This document shows, piece after piece, positions 35,665-44,925 of a stretch of 64,000 nucleotides of DNA (positions are counted from its first letter, which is position 1; every line of letters begins with the position of its first letter). The notes beneath the pieces were generated by a model, which saw only the letters and a list, made by a program, of their open reading frames with translations, made no database searches and was not told the origin of the DNA. Made by a program: the position numbers and the translations under genes. The stretch comes from an uncultured Collinsella sp. (GTDB lineage Bacteria; Actinomycetota; Coriobacteriia; Coriobacteriales; Coriobacteriaceae). Where the stretch lies: contig CABUDS010000010.1 of NCBI GenBank assembly GCA_902490405.1, forward strand, positions 142-64,141, read 5' to 3'.

Positions 35665-38441
35665 TACTCGGCGCTCTTGAGGGCGCCGACCATGTCGATC
35701 TTGTTGAGCGTTCGGTTGGTGGCGAGGTTGACGATGATCGTAAAGCCAAAGGAAAGCACCACGGCAAGCGCGTAGCTCAGCGGCTCGACTTCGACGTCAA
35801 AGTACAGCGACGGCATCTGCAGGATGTACGTAAAGCTCTCGGCAAGCAGGCCACCCAGCGGCACGCCCAGCGCGGCGCCAATCGCCGTGAGGATCAGCGT
35901 CTCCTTGTTAACGTAGTGGTGTACCTCACCACGACGGAAGCCCAGCACCTTGATAGTCGCCAGCTCGCGTTCGCGCTCCGAGATGTTGGTGTTAGACAAC
36001 GTGAATACCACCACAAACGACAGGCACGCCGCCATAAAGGTCACAAGCACCACGACCGAATTGATAATCGTAAAGTTTGCCTCATAGTTTTCCCAATGCT
36101 CGGCGGTACTCGACAGCGTAATCCAACCATCGCTCTTAAGACGGTTGGTAAACGCAATCTGATCGGCCGACGAACCCTTAAGCAGCGCAAGGATGCCGTT
36201 GAGGCGCGCGCTTCGACCGAATGCGCGCTCATAGGTGCTCTGCGTCATGTAAAGCGTGTTGCCCAGATAGTTGAGCGAAATGTCGCTGACCTTGACCTTG
36301 GCAACATTGAGCGACGAATCCTGGACGTGTGCCGTATCGCCCGGCTTGATCCCCAGCACCAGCTGAGAGCTCTTGCTCAAATACACATCTCCGCCACGCA
36401 GGGCGAGCAGTTCTTTGGACTCGTCCTCGAGACACACGTAGTCGTCCAGGTCGTTCGCGCGGTCATCGGGCACCACGATCAGTTGCACGGTCTCGCTCTT
36501 GCCGCCAAATGTAAAGGTGACGTTGTCGGTCATAATCGGCAGCGTCGAAGTCACGGTCACGTCGGAATCCTTGGCTGCGCTTCGCTCGTCGAGCGCCGCG
36601 CACGTCTGCGAAAAATCGTCGGGATTGGCGACCGCCAGCAGGTCGTAGCGCGTGATATGCCCGTACTGCTTGGGCGAAAGCGCCACCGACGTATCGCGGA
36701 TGCCCATACCGCAGATCACGAGCGCCGTGCAGCCAGCGATACCGAAGATGGTCATAAAGGCGCGCTTTTTGTAGCGGAACAGGTTGCGTGCAGCGACCTT
36801 GTTCAAAAAGCCCATGCGGTGCCAGATAAAGCCAATGCGCTCGAGCAGAATGCGCGAGCCGGCGCGCGGAGCCTTGGGGCGCATGAGCGAGGCAGGGGTC
36901 TCGGCCATCTCGTGGCGGCAGGCGATAATCGTGGCTCCCACCACGCCCACGGCAAACAGCGCCACCGAAACGATCGAGGACACGATGTCGTACGAAAGCA
37001 GCATCTGGGGCAGCGAGTACATGTCGTCGAACACCGTAAACAAGAACAGCGGCAGACCCACAAATCCGATGATATTGCCGAGCACGCCACCGATCAGACA
37101 CGCCCACAGCGAGTAGTCCACATATTTGGACAGGATGCGCCCGCGTGAATAGCCGAGCGCCTTGTACAGGCCAATAAGCGTGCGCTCCTCCTCGACCATG
37201 CGGGTGGCGGTGGTGAGACTGATAAGCACGGCGACGATAAAGAAGATGAACGGGAACACCGTGGCGATGGCCTCGATCGAAGAACTATCGCTCTCGACGC
37301 TCGAGTAGCTTGCGATATTGCCGCGGTCCTGGATGTACCAGGTGCATTCGCCCAGGTCAGAGAGCTCGGCGCGGGCATCGGCAAACTGCTGGTCGGCGGC
37401 GGCACGGCGCTGGTCCAGGTCGGCTTGCGCCTGCGCACGCTCGTCGCTGCCCTCGGCCATGCGATTGATGTTGTCCTGCTCGATCCCAAAGACCATATTC
37501 GCCTGACGCTCAGCTGCGTCCAAGCTCGCCGGTGTGTCGACCGTCAGCTCCTGGGCGCGCGCCTTCTCACGCTCCTCGCGGATCTTCTCGATATTGCCCT
37601 TGACCTCATTGATCTTTGCCGAGTAGGCATCCGAATAGGAGTTGAGGCTCTTGGCTCCCTCGACGACCACGTGGACAGCGGAGTAGGAAGAAGATGTCGC
37701 GGCATCCTCGCTCACGTAGAACTTGTAGTCCGCAGTCGAAGCAGCGCGAAAGGCGTTGACTGTCGAGTCGGAGCTCACGTCGGTAGGATCGAGAACCTCG
37801 GCCGTGATGGTGTAGTCCCCATCGGCAAACTGGTCCTTGGCGCTTTGGTTCGACGAGCTCGCATCGTTGGCGGCAAAGCTCACCGTATCGCCGATTTTCT
37901 TGCCCGAAGCCTTCAAAAAACGTGAGGTCACTGCCACTTCGCCCGAAGTCTCGGGCAGCTCGCCGCGCACTAGCACCGGTTGGTCAATATTCTCTTTGGA
38001 GAGGCTCTGTACGACGACACGCTCGCGCGTCGTACCCACGGCGGTATAGGCGGTCTCGGTATAGATGCCCTCGGCCGTCTCGACGCCATCGACCTCTTGG
38101 ATCGCGGCAATATCGTCATCGGTCAGACCATAGGTCGACTGCACGTTGATGTCATAGACATTCTGCTGGTCAAAATAGGCGTCGACCGAATCACACAGGT
38201 CCTCGCAGCCCGCCTTAAGGCCGCACATCACGCTCACGCCAAGCGCGGTGATCACAACGATAGACAAGAAGCGTTTGAGGCTGCCGCGAATCGTGCGGTA
38301 GATGCCACGGCGAAAAACCGTCGGCACCATATCGTTTGAGCTTTGGGCGGTACGGTAGGTCGTAAAATCCTGCTCGCGCTCCGTGTTCTGCGCGTCGCGG
38401 CGTTGACTGTTTTGGCGGTCCTGATTCATGGGCGCTACCAC
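35664..38441 (-). CDS. ABC transporter permease with two FtsX/MacB-type domains and large extracytoplasmic regions
   Basis: 925 aa with two 4-TM FtsX-like blocks. Overlaps the ATPase gene stop. The alternative ATG at 38429 is possible. Confidence 0.9.
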   Translation of the reverse strand: MVAPMNQDRQNSQRRDAQNTEREQDFTTYRTAQSSNDMVPTVFRRGIYRTIRGSLKRFLSIVVITALGVSVMCGLKAGCEDLCDSVDAYFDQQNVYDINVQSTYGLTDDDIAAIQEVDGVETAEGIYTETAYTAVGTTRERVVVQSLSKENIDQPVLVRGELPETSGEVAVTSRFLKASGKKIGDTVSFAANDASSSNQSAKDQFADGDYTITAEVLDPTDVSSDSTVNAFRAASTADYKFYVSEDAATSSSYSAVHVVVEGAKSLNSYSDAYSAKINEVKGNIEKIREEREKARAQELTVDTPASLDAAERQANMVFGIEQDNINRMAEGSDERAQAQADLDQRRAAADQQFADARAELSDLGECTWYIQDRGNIASYSSVESDSSSIEAIATVFPFIFFIVAVLISLTTATRMVEEERTLIGLYKALGYSRGRILSKYVDYSLWACLIGGVLGNIIGFVGLPLFLFTVFDDMYSLPQMLLSYDIVSSIVSVALFAVGVVGATIIACRHEMAETPASLMRPKAPRAGSRILLERIGFIWHRMGFLNKVAARNLFRYKKRAFMTIFGIAGCTALVICGMGIRDTSVALSPKQYGHITRYDLLAVANPDDFSQTCAALDERSAAKDSDVTVTSTLPIMTDNVTFTFGGKSETVQLIVVPDDRANDLDDYVCLEDESKELLALRGGDVYLSKSSQLVLGIKPGDTAHVQDSSLNVAKVKVSDISLNYLGNTLYMTQSTYERAFGRSARLNGILALLKGSSADQIAFTNRLKSDGWITLSSTAEHWENYEANFTIINSVVVLVTFMAACLSFVVVFTLSNTNISERERELATIKVLGFRRGEVHHYVNKETLILTAIGAALGVPLGGLLAESFTYILQMPSLYFDVEVEPLSYALAVVLSFGFTIIVNLATNRTLNKIDMVGALKSAE

Positions 38442-39136
38442 TCGATCGTCTCGATAGGCACAGGATTTTGCTGGATCGTCTCGCTCTCCACGCGGCCGCT
38501 CTTAAAGCGGATCAGGCGATCGGCCATGGGCGCCAGCGCAGAGTTGTGGGTGATGATGATGACCGTAATGCCTTGCTTGCGGCAAGTGTCCTGTAGCAGC
38601 TGCAAGATCTGCTTGCCGGTTTTGTAGTCGAGTGCACCCGTAGGCTCGTCGCACAAAAGCAGCTTGGGGTTCTTAGCCAGCGCGCGGGCGATGGATACGC
38701 GCTGCTGCTCGCCGCCCGAAAGCTGCGCCGGAAAGTTGCCCAGGCGCTCGCCCAGGCCAACCTGGCGAAGCGTTTGCTCGGCATCGAGCGAATCGGGGCA
38801 GATCTGCGCCGCGAGTTCGACGTTCTCAAGCGCCGTCAGGTTAGGGACCAGATTGTAGAACTGGAAGACAAAGCCGACGTCGGCGCGTCGGTATTCCACG
38901 AGTTGCGCCTCGTTGGCGGAGCTCACGTCACGCCCGTCCACCGTCACAGTGCCGGAGGTCGCCGTGTCCATGCCGCCCAGAATGTTGAGGGCCGTGGTCT
39001 TGCCGGCGCCCGAAGCGCCCAGAATGATGGCGAGCTCGCCGCGCTCGACCGTAAAGCTCGCGCCGTCAAGCGCGTGGATGCGGGCGTCGCCCTCGCCGTA
39101 TGCCTTGATGACGTCTTTGAATTCGATATAGGCCAT
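38435..39136 (-). CDS. ABC transporter ATP-binding protein (MacB/LolD-like)
   Basis: Walker [10 protein letters not shown], signature LSGGEQQRV, Walker [13 protein letters not shown]. Confidence 0.95.
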   Translation of the reverse strand: MAYIEFKDVIKAYGEGDARIHALDGASFTVERGELAIILGASGAGKTTALNILGGMDTATSGTVTVDGRDVSSANEAQLVEYRRADVGFVFQFYNLVPNLTALENVELAAQICPDSLDAEQTLRQVGLGERLGNFPAQLSGGEQQRVSIARALAKNPKLLLCDEPTGALDYKTGKQILQLLQDTCRKQGITVIIITHNSALAPMADRLIRFKSGRVESETIQQNPVPIETIEW

Positions 39137-39185
39137 CGATTAATTCCCATCTGGTCGGATAACTCTTTAGTATTACCCATTTCCC

Positions 39186-39226
39186 ACCTACCAAAAAGGG
39201 ACAGGTTTATTTTGGCAGGTTTTATA
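39186..39226 (-). repeat. 41-bp hairpin element, copy H4 (inverted relative to H3), 50 nt upstream of the ABC ATPase start
   Basis: The plus strand reads acctaccaaaaagggacaggtttattttggcaggttttata, the reverse complement of tataaaacctgccaaaataaacctgtccctttttggtaggt. Confidence 0.9.
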
Positions 39227-39311
39227 TGGGGGAATGGCGGGTGTAGGCGAGGCATTGAGGCTACCCAAGTCAACCATTTGACCCAAGCCTCGCCCGCCGC
39301 TATGATGCCGC

Positions 39312-39392
39312 TGCGGAATGAATGTCTCCGCTGGGTGCGCTAGCCAAGCTGTCGCGTCGCCCTAAACCGCCTTGTTGCTGATGACTTCTGCT
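39312..39392 (+). ncRNA. candidate fluoride riboswitch (crcB motif) aptamer with an atypical insertion
   Basis: The 3' half CCUAAACCGCC...GCUGAUGACUUCUGC matches the conserved crcB blocks as I remember them. A GCGGAAUGAAUGUCUCCGC hairpin (39312-39331) resembles the GGCGAUGGnGUUCGCC P1/loop. About 29 extra nt lie between the two. It sits in front of a CLC-F-type gene. Confidence 0.5.
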
Positions 39393-39444
39393 GTTACGTG
39401 ATGTCCCTTAGGCATCGCGCCGCGGCAGGAGTCTTTTTTGTTTT
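39383..39444 (+). terminator. leader terminator (riboswitch expression platform)
   Basis: GACUUCUGCUG (39383-39393) pairs fully, with G-U pairs, to CGGCAGGAGUC (39422-39432), followed by TTTTTTGTTTT. The 5' arm overlaps the aptamer 3' end. Confidence 0.75.
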
Positions 39445-39453
39445 GGAGGAGAA

Positions 39454-40698
39454 GTGTCAGAAAACAGCACATCGAGCAGGATTAAACGCCTGGTCAACAC
39501 CTATAGCGGTCTCGTGCTCATGGGCGCCGTCGGAATCCCTATCGGCGTTATCGTTGGCGCCATCTGTGCCCTTTTTGGTCGTGTGCTCCTGGCAATCGGC
39601 GCCTTCCGTGACGAGCACATCGTACTGCTCCTTCCCTTCCTCGCCCTCATGGGCTTGGCCATCGTATTTGCCTACCTCACCTGGGGCAAAGGCACCGATC
39701 GGGGCATGAGCTTAGTATTCGACGTAGGTCACGGACGCGAGGACGCCATCTCCCCGCGTCTGGTGCCGCTCATTATGCTGAGCACGTGGGCCACGCATCT
39801 CTTTGGCGGCAGCGCGGGACGCGAAGGCGTAGCCGTGCAGATCGGCGCAACCGTCTCGCATTGGATCGGCCGACGTCTACCTTTCCGAGAACCCGGCAAC
39901 ACGTTTTTGCTTATCGGCATGGCCGCCGGCTTTGCCGGACTCTTCCGAACGCCCCTCGCCGCCACGGTCTTTGCGATCGAAGTACTGGTCGCAGGACGCA
40001 TGGAATACCGCGCGCTGTTTCCCGCGCTTACAGCCTCGCTCGCCGCAAGCATGACCTCCGGCGCTCTGGGGCTCGAGAAGTTTGAGGTCGCCGTTACCGC
40101 CTCGTATGCGCTCGACCTCCCCGGTCTTGGACGACTGGCGTTGTTGGGTATCGCGTTTGGTATGGTAGGTGGAGCTTTTGCCTGGTGCCTTGCCCATGCC
40201 AAGACCCTTGCAGCGCGGCTGCTCCCCAGCCCTTACACACGCGTTGCCGTTATGGGCCTTGCGCTGTCGGCGATTCTGTTCGCACTGTGGCAGGGGCGAT
40301 ACTGCGGCCTTGGCACCAACCTGATATCCGCGGCACTGGGTGACAACGGTGAGGCGTCGATCATGCCTTGGGACTGGGCGCTCAAATTCGTACTCACCAT
40401 CGCCACGCTTGCCGCAGGATATCAGGGTGGCGAGGTGACGCCGCTGTTCTCCATCGGAGCCAGCCTGGGTGTCGTACTCGCCGGGATTCTCGACATGCCC
40501 GTCGAGCTCTGCGCCGCGCTGGGATACGCCGCCGTCTTTGGCAGCGCCACCAATACGCTGCTCGCGCCCATCTTTATTGGCTGCGAGGTCTTTGGCTTTA
40601 GCAGTCTGCCGACGTTCTTTATTGTCTGCGTCGTGGCCTACCTGTTCAACATGGATAAGTCGATCTATGCGCTGCAGGAGCACAGCCGCACCCGATAA
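39454..40698 (+). CDS. CLC-family channel/antiporter, CLC-F (fluoride/proton antiporter)-like
   Basis: 414 aa polytopic protein. GREGVAVQIG and GGEVTP motifs as I recall for the fluoride-specific CLC-F clade. GTG start after GGAGGAG. Confidence 0.8.
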   Translation: MSENSTSSRIKRLVNTYSGLVLMGAVGIPIGVIVGAICALFGRVLLAIGAFRDEHIVLLLPFLALMGLAIVFAYLTWGKGTDRGMSLVFDVGHGREDAISPRLVPLIMLSTWATHLFGGSAGREGVAVQIGATVSHWIGRRLPFREPGNTFLLIGMAAGFAGLFRTPLAATVFAIEVLVAGRMEYRALFPALTASLAASMTSGALGLEKFEVAVTASYALDLPGLGRLALLGIAFGMVGGAFAWCLAHAKTLAARLLPSPYTRVAVMGLALSAILFALWQGRYCGLGTNLISAALGDNGEASIMPWDWALKFVLTIATLAAGYQGGEVTPLFSIGASLGVVLAGILDMPVELCAALGYAAVFGSATNTLLAPIFIGCEVFGFSSLPTFFIVCVVAYLFNMDKSIYALQEHSRTR

Positions 40699-40712
40699 AC
40701 AGGGCGTTTGCC

Positions 40713-40753
40713 ACCAAAAAACGCGCACGACAGGCCGGGCCCGCCGCGCGCGT
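40713..40753 (-). terminator. rho-independent terminator after the AIM24-family gene
   Basis: The minus strand reads ACGCGCGC-loop-GTGCGCGT followed by TTTTTT. Confidence 0.6.
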
Positions 40754-40767
40754 CATCCTATACACGA

Positions 40768-41442
40768 TTAGTTATTGTTGTTGGTCATCGAAGCCACTGC
40801 TGCCGCAAGATTGGAAATGGGCATTGTCTGCAGCCAGATGCGCCCCGGACCGGTGAGCACAGTGTTGAACACGCCTTCACCGCCAAACATGATGTTTTTG
40901 ACGCCCTTGACCATCTGCGCGTCGATGCTCACCGTCTCCTCAAAGCCGGCCACGTTGCCGGTATCTACAATCATTTGCTGGCCAGCAGCAAGCTCGTACT
41001 CAACTAGGTCGCCGTCGATCTCGGCAAAGGCAATACCCGAGCCCGTGAGCTTTTGCATGATAAAACCCTCGCCGCCAAAGACGCCGGTCTTTGCCTTCTT
41101 GTTAAAGTGGATGCTCAGCTCAACACCACTTTCCGCGGCAAGGAACGAACGCTTCTGCAAAATCCAGCTCTTACCAGGGCCAATCTCGATCGGTATAATG
41201 CGGCCGGGGAAGCAAGAGCCAAACGCAATCATGCCATCGCCGTGCGCGGTCCAAATGTTTTGGAACAACGCCTCACCCGAAAAAGCCTTAGAGAACATCT
41301 TGCCTATACCACCGCCCGAGGTGGACATCTCCATGTTGGGGGTCATCCAGACCATGGCACCGCTTTCGGTGATCATGGATTCGCCGTCGCTAAGGTTGCA
41401 CGTAACAACCGGGAAAGCCCCTCCGCCGATCTCGTACTGCAT
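40768..41442 (-). CDS. TIGR00266 / AIM24 (DUF124) family protein
   Basis: 224 aa. MQYEIGGGAFPVVTCNLSDGESMITESGAMVWM...GEGFIMQKLTGSGIAF is typical of this family. Confidence 0.85.
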   Translation of the reverse strand: MQYEIGGGAFPVVTCNLSDGESMITESGAMVWMTPNMEMSTSGGGIGKMFSKAFSGEALFQNIWTAHGDGMIAFGSCFPGRIIPIEIGPGKSWILQKRSFLAAESGVELSIHFNKKAKTGVFGGEGFIMQKLTGSGIAFAEIDGDLVEYELAAGQQMIVDTGNVAGFEETVSIDAQMVKGVKNIMFGGEGVFNTVLTGPGRIWLQTMPISNLAAAVASMTNNNN

Positions 41443-41566
41443 GACCGTCTCCTTTCCTTCGGGAGCCGAACAACGATGTCCATATTTTAGCAGTTAGAGG
41501 TGCGTTTATTTGGGTCGGTGGCGTTCATGGCGCCGATCACCGCCAGCCTCCGCTGCCGTCTGCACA

Positions 41567-41607
41567 GATAAAACCTGCCAAAATAAACCTGTCCCTTTTT
41601 GGCAGGT
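41567..41607 (+). repeat. 41-bp hairpin element, copy H5 (identical to H3), 1 nt from the histidine kinase stop
   Basis: gataaaacctgccaaaataaacctgtccctttttggcaggt. Confidence 0.9.
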
Positions 41608-41608
41608 C

Positions 41609-42988
41609 TTAGAGGCGGACGGTGAAGGTGATCTGGTTACCGTGGCCAGATACGGTGGCGGATCCGCCATGGGCTTCGGCGATGGCGCGCACGACGGACA
41701 GCCCCACGCCCGAGCCACCTGTCTTGGAGCTGCGCGACACGTCCGCACGATAGAAGCGGTCGAACAGCCGGTCCAGGTCGCCCTCGGGCAGCTCATCAAC
41801 AGCATTCGATACGACAAGCTCGGCCGAGCCTTTGCCCGCACCGCGCGAAACGGCACGCAGGCTCAGCTCGATCACGCTGCCCTCGCTTGCGTAGCGTGTG
41901 GCGTTGTCCAGCAGCAGCTCAACAACCTGCGCCACTGCCGCGGCATCGGCATGGGCCCGCACACCGCTCGCGACCGACGTCGACAGCCGCTTTCCGCGCG
42001 AAACCGCCACCGATTCAAATGGCGTCGCAGCCGTGTCCACGGCCTCCGAAAGATCAATCGTCGCCATAGTAAAGCCGGCCGAACCCTCGTCCATACGCGC
42101 CAGGAACACCAGACGCTCCGTGAGCGCCGTCAGCCGCGCGACCTGCTCGCGAATGCTCTGCGTCCACTCGCTCTCGCCGCTCTCGATCTCTTGGACCTCG
42201 TTGGCGGCGTCAATCACGGCCAGCGGCGTTTTGATCTCGTGGCTTGCATCGGTAATGAAGCGCTTCTGTTTGCTATAACTCTCGACCATCGGCCGAATCA
42301 CCGCACCCGAGGCGACCGTTACAATTGCCAGCACCGCCAGCCAGCCAATGCAGCTGATTGCCACACTCGCGCTCAAAAACGAATGGAAACTTGCAAGCTC
42401 GCGCGAACAGTCCACGAACACATAGGTTGTCTTGTCGCCCTGAACCGTAGCCGTATAACGGTAGTTGCCAGAAAAGCCCGAAGTCCAACCCTTGGAATAT
42501 AGTCCTGCAGCGATGCGGGCGGCACGCTTGGCACCTACCGCGGCAATGCGGGCCGTGTTGACATCGGTCACCTGCCCGCCGGCAATCGACACCGTAAAGT
42601 AGCGCGTGTCGAAGGGAGACTCCGCCGTCATGCCTTCAAAATGCACATCGCGAACGGCCGCCCGGTTACCGGTAGCAACCTTGCCGGCAACCGCATCCTG
42701 ACCGGGACCGGTCTTAGGCTCGCCCTCCCCATCAATGCCATCCTTGCCTGCCAGGATATAGTCCAGTCGTGCATCGGCCATCTTGCAAACATGCGAATAA
42801 TTGACAATGTTGATGCCAGCGATGATGAGCGTGAGCACCACGGTCACAGCGCCCATGGCAACGAGGATGAACTTACGACGCAGGCGACGGCCCATTGCAC
42901 TGGCAGCATCGGCGCGCCCCGGATTACCCGAGCCCACACCCATGCCGAGCTTCGCCGCCATGCGCTTGCACCACGTGCGCACGCTCAC
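41609..42988 (-). CDS. sensor histidine kinase (2-TM, HisKA + HATPase_c)
   Basis: H-box FITDASHEIKTPL and G-box GGSGVGLSVVRAIAEAHGG. Start placed at the GTG overlapping the response-regulator stop (GTGA) behind GGAAGGAG. Confidence 0.9.
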   Translation of the reverse strand: MSVRTWCKRMAAKLGMGVGSGNPGRADAASAMGRRLRRKFILVAMGAVTVVLTLIIAGINIVNYSHVCKMADARLDYILAGKDGIDGEGEPKTGPGQDAVAGKVATGNRAAVRDVHFEGMTAESPFDTRYFTVSIAGGQVTDVNTARIAAVGAKRAARIAAGLYSKGWTSGFSGNYRYTATVQGDKTTYVFVDCSRELASFHSFLSASVAISCIGWLAVLAIVTVASGAVIRPMVESYSKQKRFITDASHEIKTPLAVIDAANEVQEIESGESEWTQSIREQVARLTALTERLVFLARMDEGSAGFTMATIDLSEAVDTAATPFESVAVSRGKRLSTSVASGVRAHADAAAVAQVVELLLDNATRYASEGSVIELSLRAVSRGAGKGSAELVVSNAVDELPEGDLDRLFDRFYRADVSRSSKTGGSGVGLSVVRAIAEAHGGSATVSGHGNQITFTVRL

Positions 42989-43674
42989 GCCCGTTCTCCT
43001 TCCTCGACAACCTCGAGCGAATATCCCTGGTTGCGCGACGCGCGGATGGCAACGTTGGCACCAAGCGCCGTCAGCTTTTTGCGCAGGTACGAGATATAAA
43101 CCCACACCACGTTGGCGCCTTCGGGCGCGTCCTCACCCCAAACCTCGAGCATCAGACGTTCAGTGGGCATGCGCGTGCCGGCGTTGCGCATAAAGAGTTC
43201 CATAAGCTGAAACTCGCGATTGGCCAGGTGCTCCTCGCCCAAAGGTCCCACAAGCGTGCAAGCCGCCGTGTCGAGGCGCACGTTACCCACGCTGAGCGTC
43301 GTGGCGTCAATTGCCGTCGCGGCACGCGTCATGGCACGAATACGCGCAAGCAGTTCCTTGGCGGCAAACGGCTTGGTCAGGTAATCGTTGGCACCGGCAT
43401 CCAGGCCCTCGACCTTATCGGACACCTCGCTTTTTGCCGTGAGCATGATGATGGGCAGTCGCTTTCCGGCGGCGCGTGTACGCTTGAGCACCTCGATGCC
43501 GTCCATGCCGGGCATCATGATGTCCAGGATTGCGGCGTCGTAATCGTTGGTGAGTAGATTCTCGAGCGCCGTCAAGCCGTCGAGGGCGGTGTCGACCTCG
43601 TAGTCGCTATGTTGAAGAATCGCGGTGAGGGCGCGGGAGAGACCAGGTTCGTCCTCGGCAAGCATCAGCTTCAT
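42985..43674 (-). CDS. OmpR/PhoB-family response regulator
   Basis: Receiver (ILDIMMPGMDG) plus a winged-helix C-terminus (VWVYISYLRKKL). AAAGGAG RBS. Confidence 0.95.
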   Translation of the reverse strand: MKLMLAEDEPGLSRALTAILQHSDYEVDTALDGLTALENLLTNDYDAAILDIMMPGMDGIEVLKRTRAAGKRLPIIMLTAKSEVSDKVEGLDAGANDYLTKPFAAKELLARIRAMTRAATAIDATTLSVGNVRLDTAACTLVGPLGEEHLANREFQLMELFMRNAGTRMPTERLMLEVWGEDAPEGANVVWVYISYLRKKLTALGANVAIRASRNQGYSLEVVEEGERA

Positions 43675-43902
43675 AGTTGCTCCTTTGGCGCATGGCTCTA
43701 CAGGTTTCGATACTGCCGATGATAGCGTACCGTCAACCGCCTTAGCGCAGCCTTAGCTGCTCAACCTGCGCGTTTTTAAATACGCAGGATGTGGCTTAGC
43801 CAAACTTAAGGCGCACGTGTCGAGCGCTTTGACGCATGCCGGGCGCGAAGGGACAGTGACTCGTCCTTTCACGGTGCCCTAGTTATGCAAAGTGCTCGAG
43901 CG

Positions 43903-44481
43903 TTACTCCTCGTACGCGCCCTCAAGCCGAAGCAGCCACTCCTTGCGATCGAGCCCGCCGGCATATCCGTTGAGCGAACCATCGGCGGCAACCACGCGAT
44001 GGCATGGCACGATAATCGAAATGGGGTTACGCGCAACCGCAGCCCCCACCGCGCGAGGAGATACAACGGGTGCCTCGTTTCCCGGCACATGATGTCGAGC
44101 CGCAACACGCTGGGCGATCTCGCCATACGTAGCGACCTCGCCACGCGGGATAGAAAGCAGCTCAAACCAAACCTCGCGCTGAAACGCCGTGCCAATCAAA
44201 TGCAGCGGCGGCGTAAACCGAGGCTCCTGCCCCGCAAAATAAGCATTCAGCCAAGCCCATGAACGCTCAAGCACCGAAGAGGCCACACCATTTGCCGGAC
44301 TCACCGACGACATGCCACCGGTACCGGAAACCGCGTCGGTGCCTTCAACATGTTCGGAGTCTTCCCGGAGAAGCGTGGAACCAAAGTGCTCCTGCCCCTC
44401 AAACCAAAGCCCCGTCAGACCGCGGCCATCAGCGGCAAGCAAGATTTCGCCCAAAGGCGAGGCAAATGTCGTCGTGACCAC
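43903..44481 (-). CDS. ogt: methylated-DNA--protein-cysteine methyltransferase
   Basis: Active-site IVPCHRVV. GTG start after AAAGGAG. Confidence 0.9.
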   Translation of the reverse strand: MVTTTFASPLGEILLAADGRGLTGLWFEGQEHFGSTLLREDSEHVEGTDAVSGTGGMSSVSPANGVASSVLERSWAWLNAYFAGQEPRFTPPLHLIGTAFQREVWFELLSIPRGEVATYGEIAQRVAARHHVPGNEAPVVSPRAVGAAVARNPISIIVPCHRVVAADGSLNGYAGGLDRKEWLLRLEGAYEE

Positions 44482-44541
44482 CAGCGGCTCCTTTCAAAAC
44501 TCCGCAACATAATACCGCGAATTGTGCAGACAACCCCAATC

Positions 44542-44700
44542 GACCCCAAAGTCACCCAAGGCAGCAGGCGCGACAGCGCCCCAGCTGCCGCACGACCCCA
44601 AAGTCCCCGCAGGCAGCAGGCGCAACGCGCCGCAGCTGCCGGCCGCGCTCCGCAGCCCCCCCCAAGGCGGCAGGCGCGAAGCGCCGAGGCCGCCGCCGGC
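44542..44700. repeat. about 2.8 tandem copies of a 52-bp unit, each containing a GGCAGC-AG-GCGC-loop-GCGC-..-GCTGCC hairpin
   Basis: Units start at 44542 and 44594, with a partial unit at about 44656. The third unit has GGCGGC...GCCGCC, a compensatory change of the outer stem. Confidence 0.8.
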
Positions 44701-44795
44701 ACCAGGGCCCGCAACAACCGCGCGCCCCCACATCAGCCCAGCGGCCCCAACCAACAACGGCCTCACCGCATGCCGCTCGCAGCAACGTCACCGCA

Positions 44796-44925
44796 GGCGG
44801 GGGCCGGGCTTGGTTTTCAGAACACTCCGCAGACCAGTGTGGCGCCTTGTCCGCGGCTCCGAAGGAGCAGGACAAGGCGCCACACATGGTCGAGGACGTT
44901 CTGAAAACCAAGCCCGGCCCCCGCC
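44796..44925 (-). repeat. nested double-hairpin 3' element, copy C (after asd)
   Basis: Outer arms 44796-44823 / 44898-44925 (28 bp perfect). Inner stem 44837-44852 / 44870-44885 (16 bp). The reverse complement shows GTCCTCGACCATG, loop ...CCTTCGG..., and TCTGCGGA. Confidence 0.9.

Noticed and set aside
28353-39226. H elements as integron attC sites or cassette boundaries.
   Set aside because: There is no integron integrase or attI in the window, no conserved GTTRRRY / RYYYAAC core at the element ends, and the flanks are not conserved. The bracketing observation is kept, but the integron interpretation is dropped.
28350-41611. Recurrent peptide ...DKTCQNKPVPFW... / ...LPKRDRFILAGFIW... in several track ORFs (28338, 29201, 41510 on +; 29597, 35519 on -; 38774 on +).
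   Set aside because: These are simply translations of the 41-bp H repeat in different contexts. The flanking translation is not conserved, and the ORFs overlap real genes or terminators.
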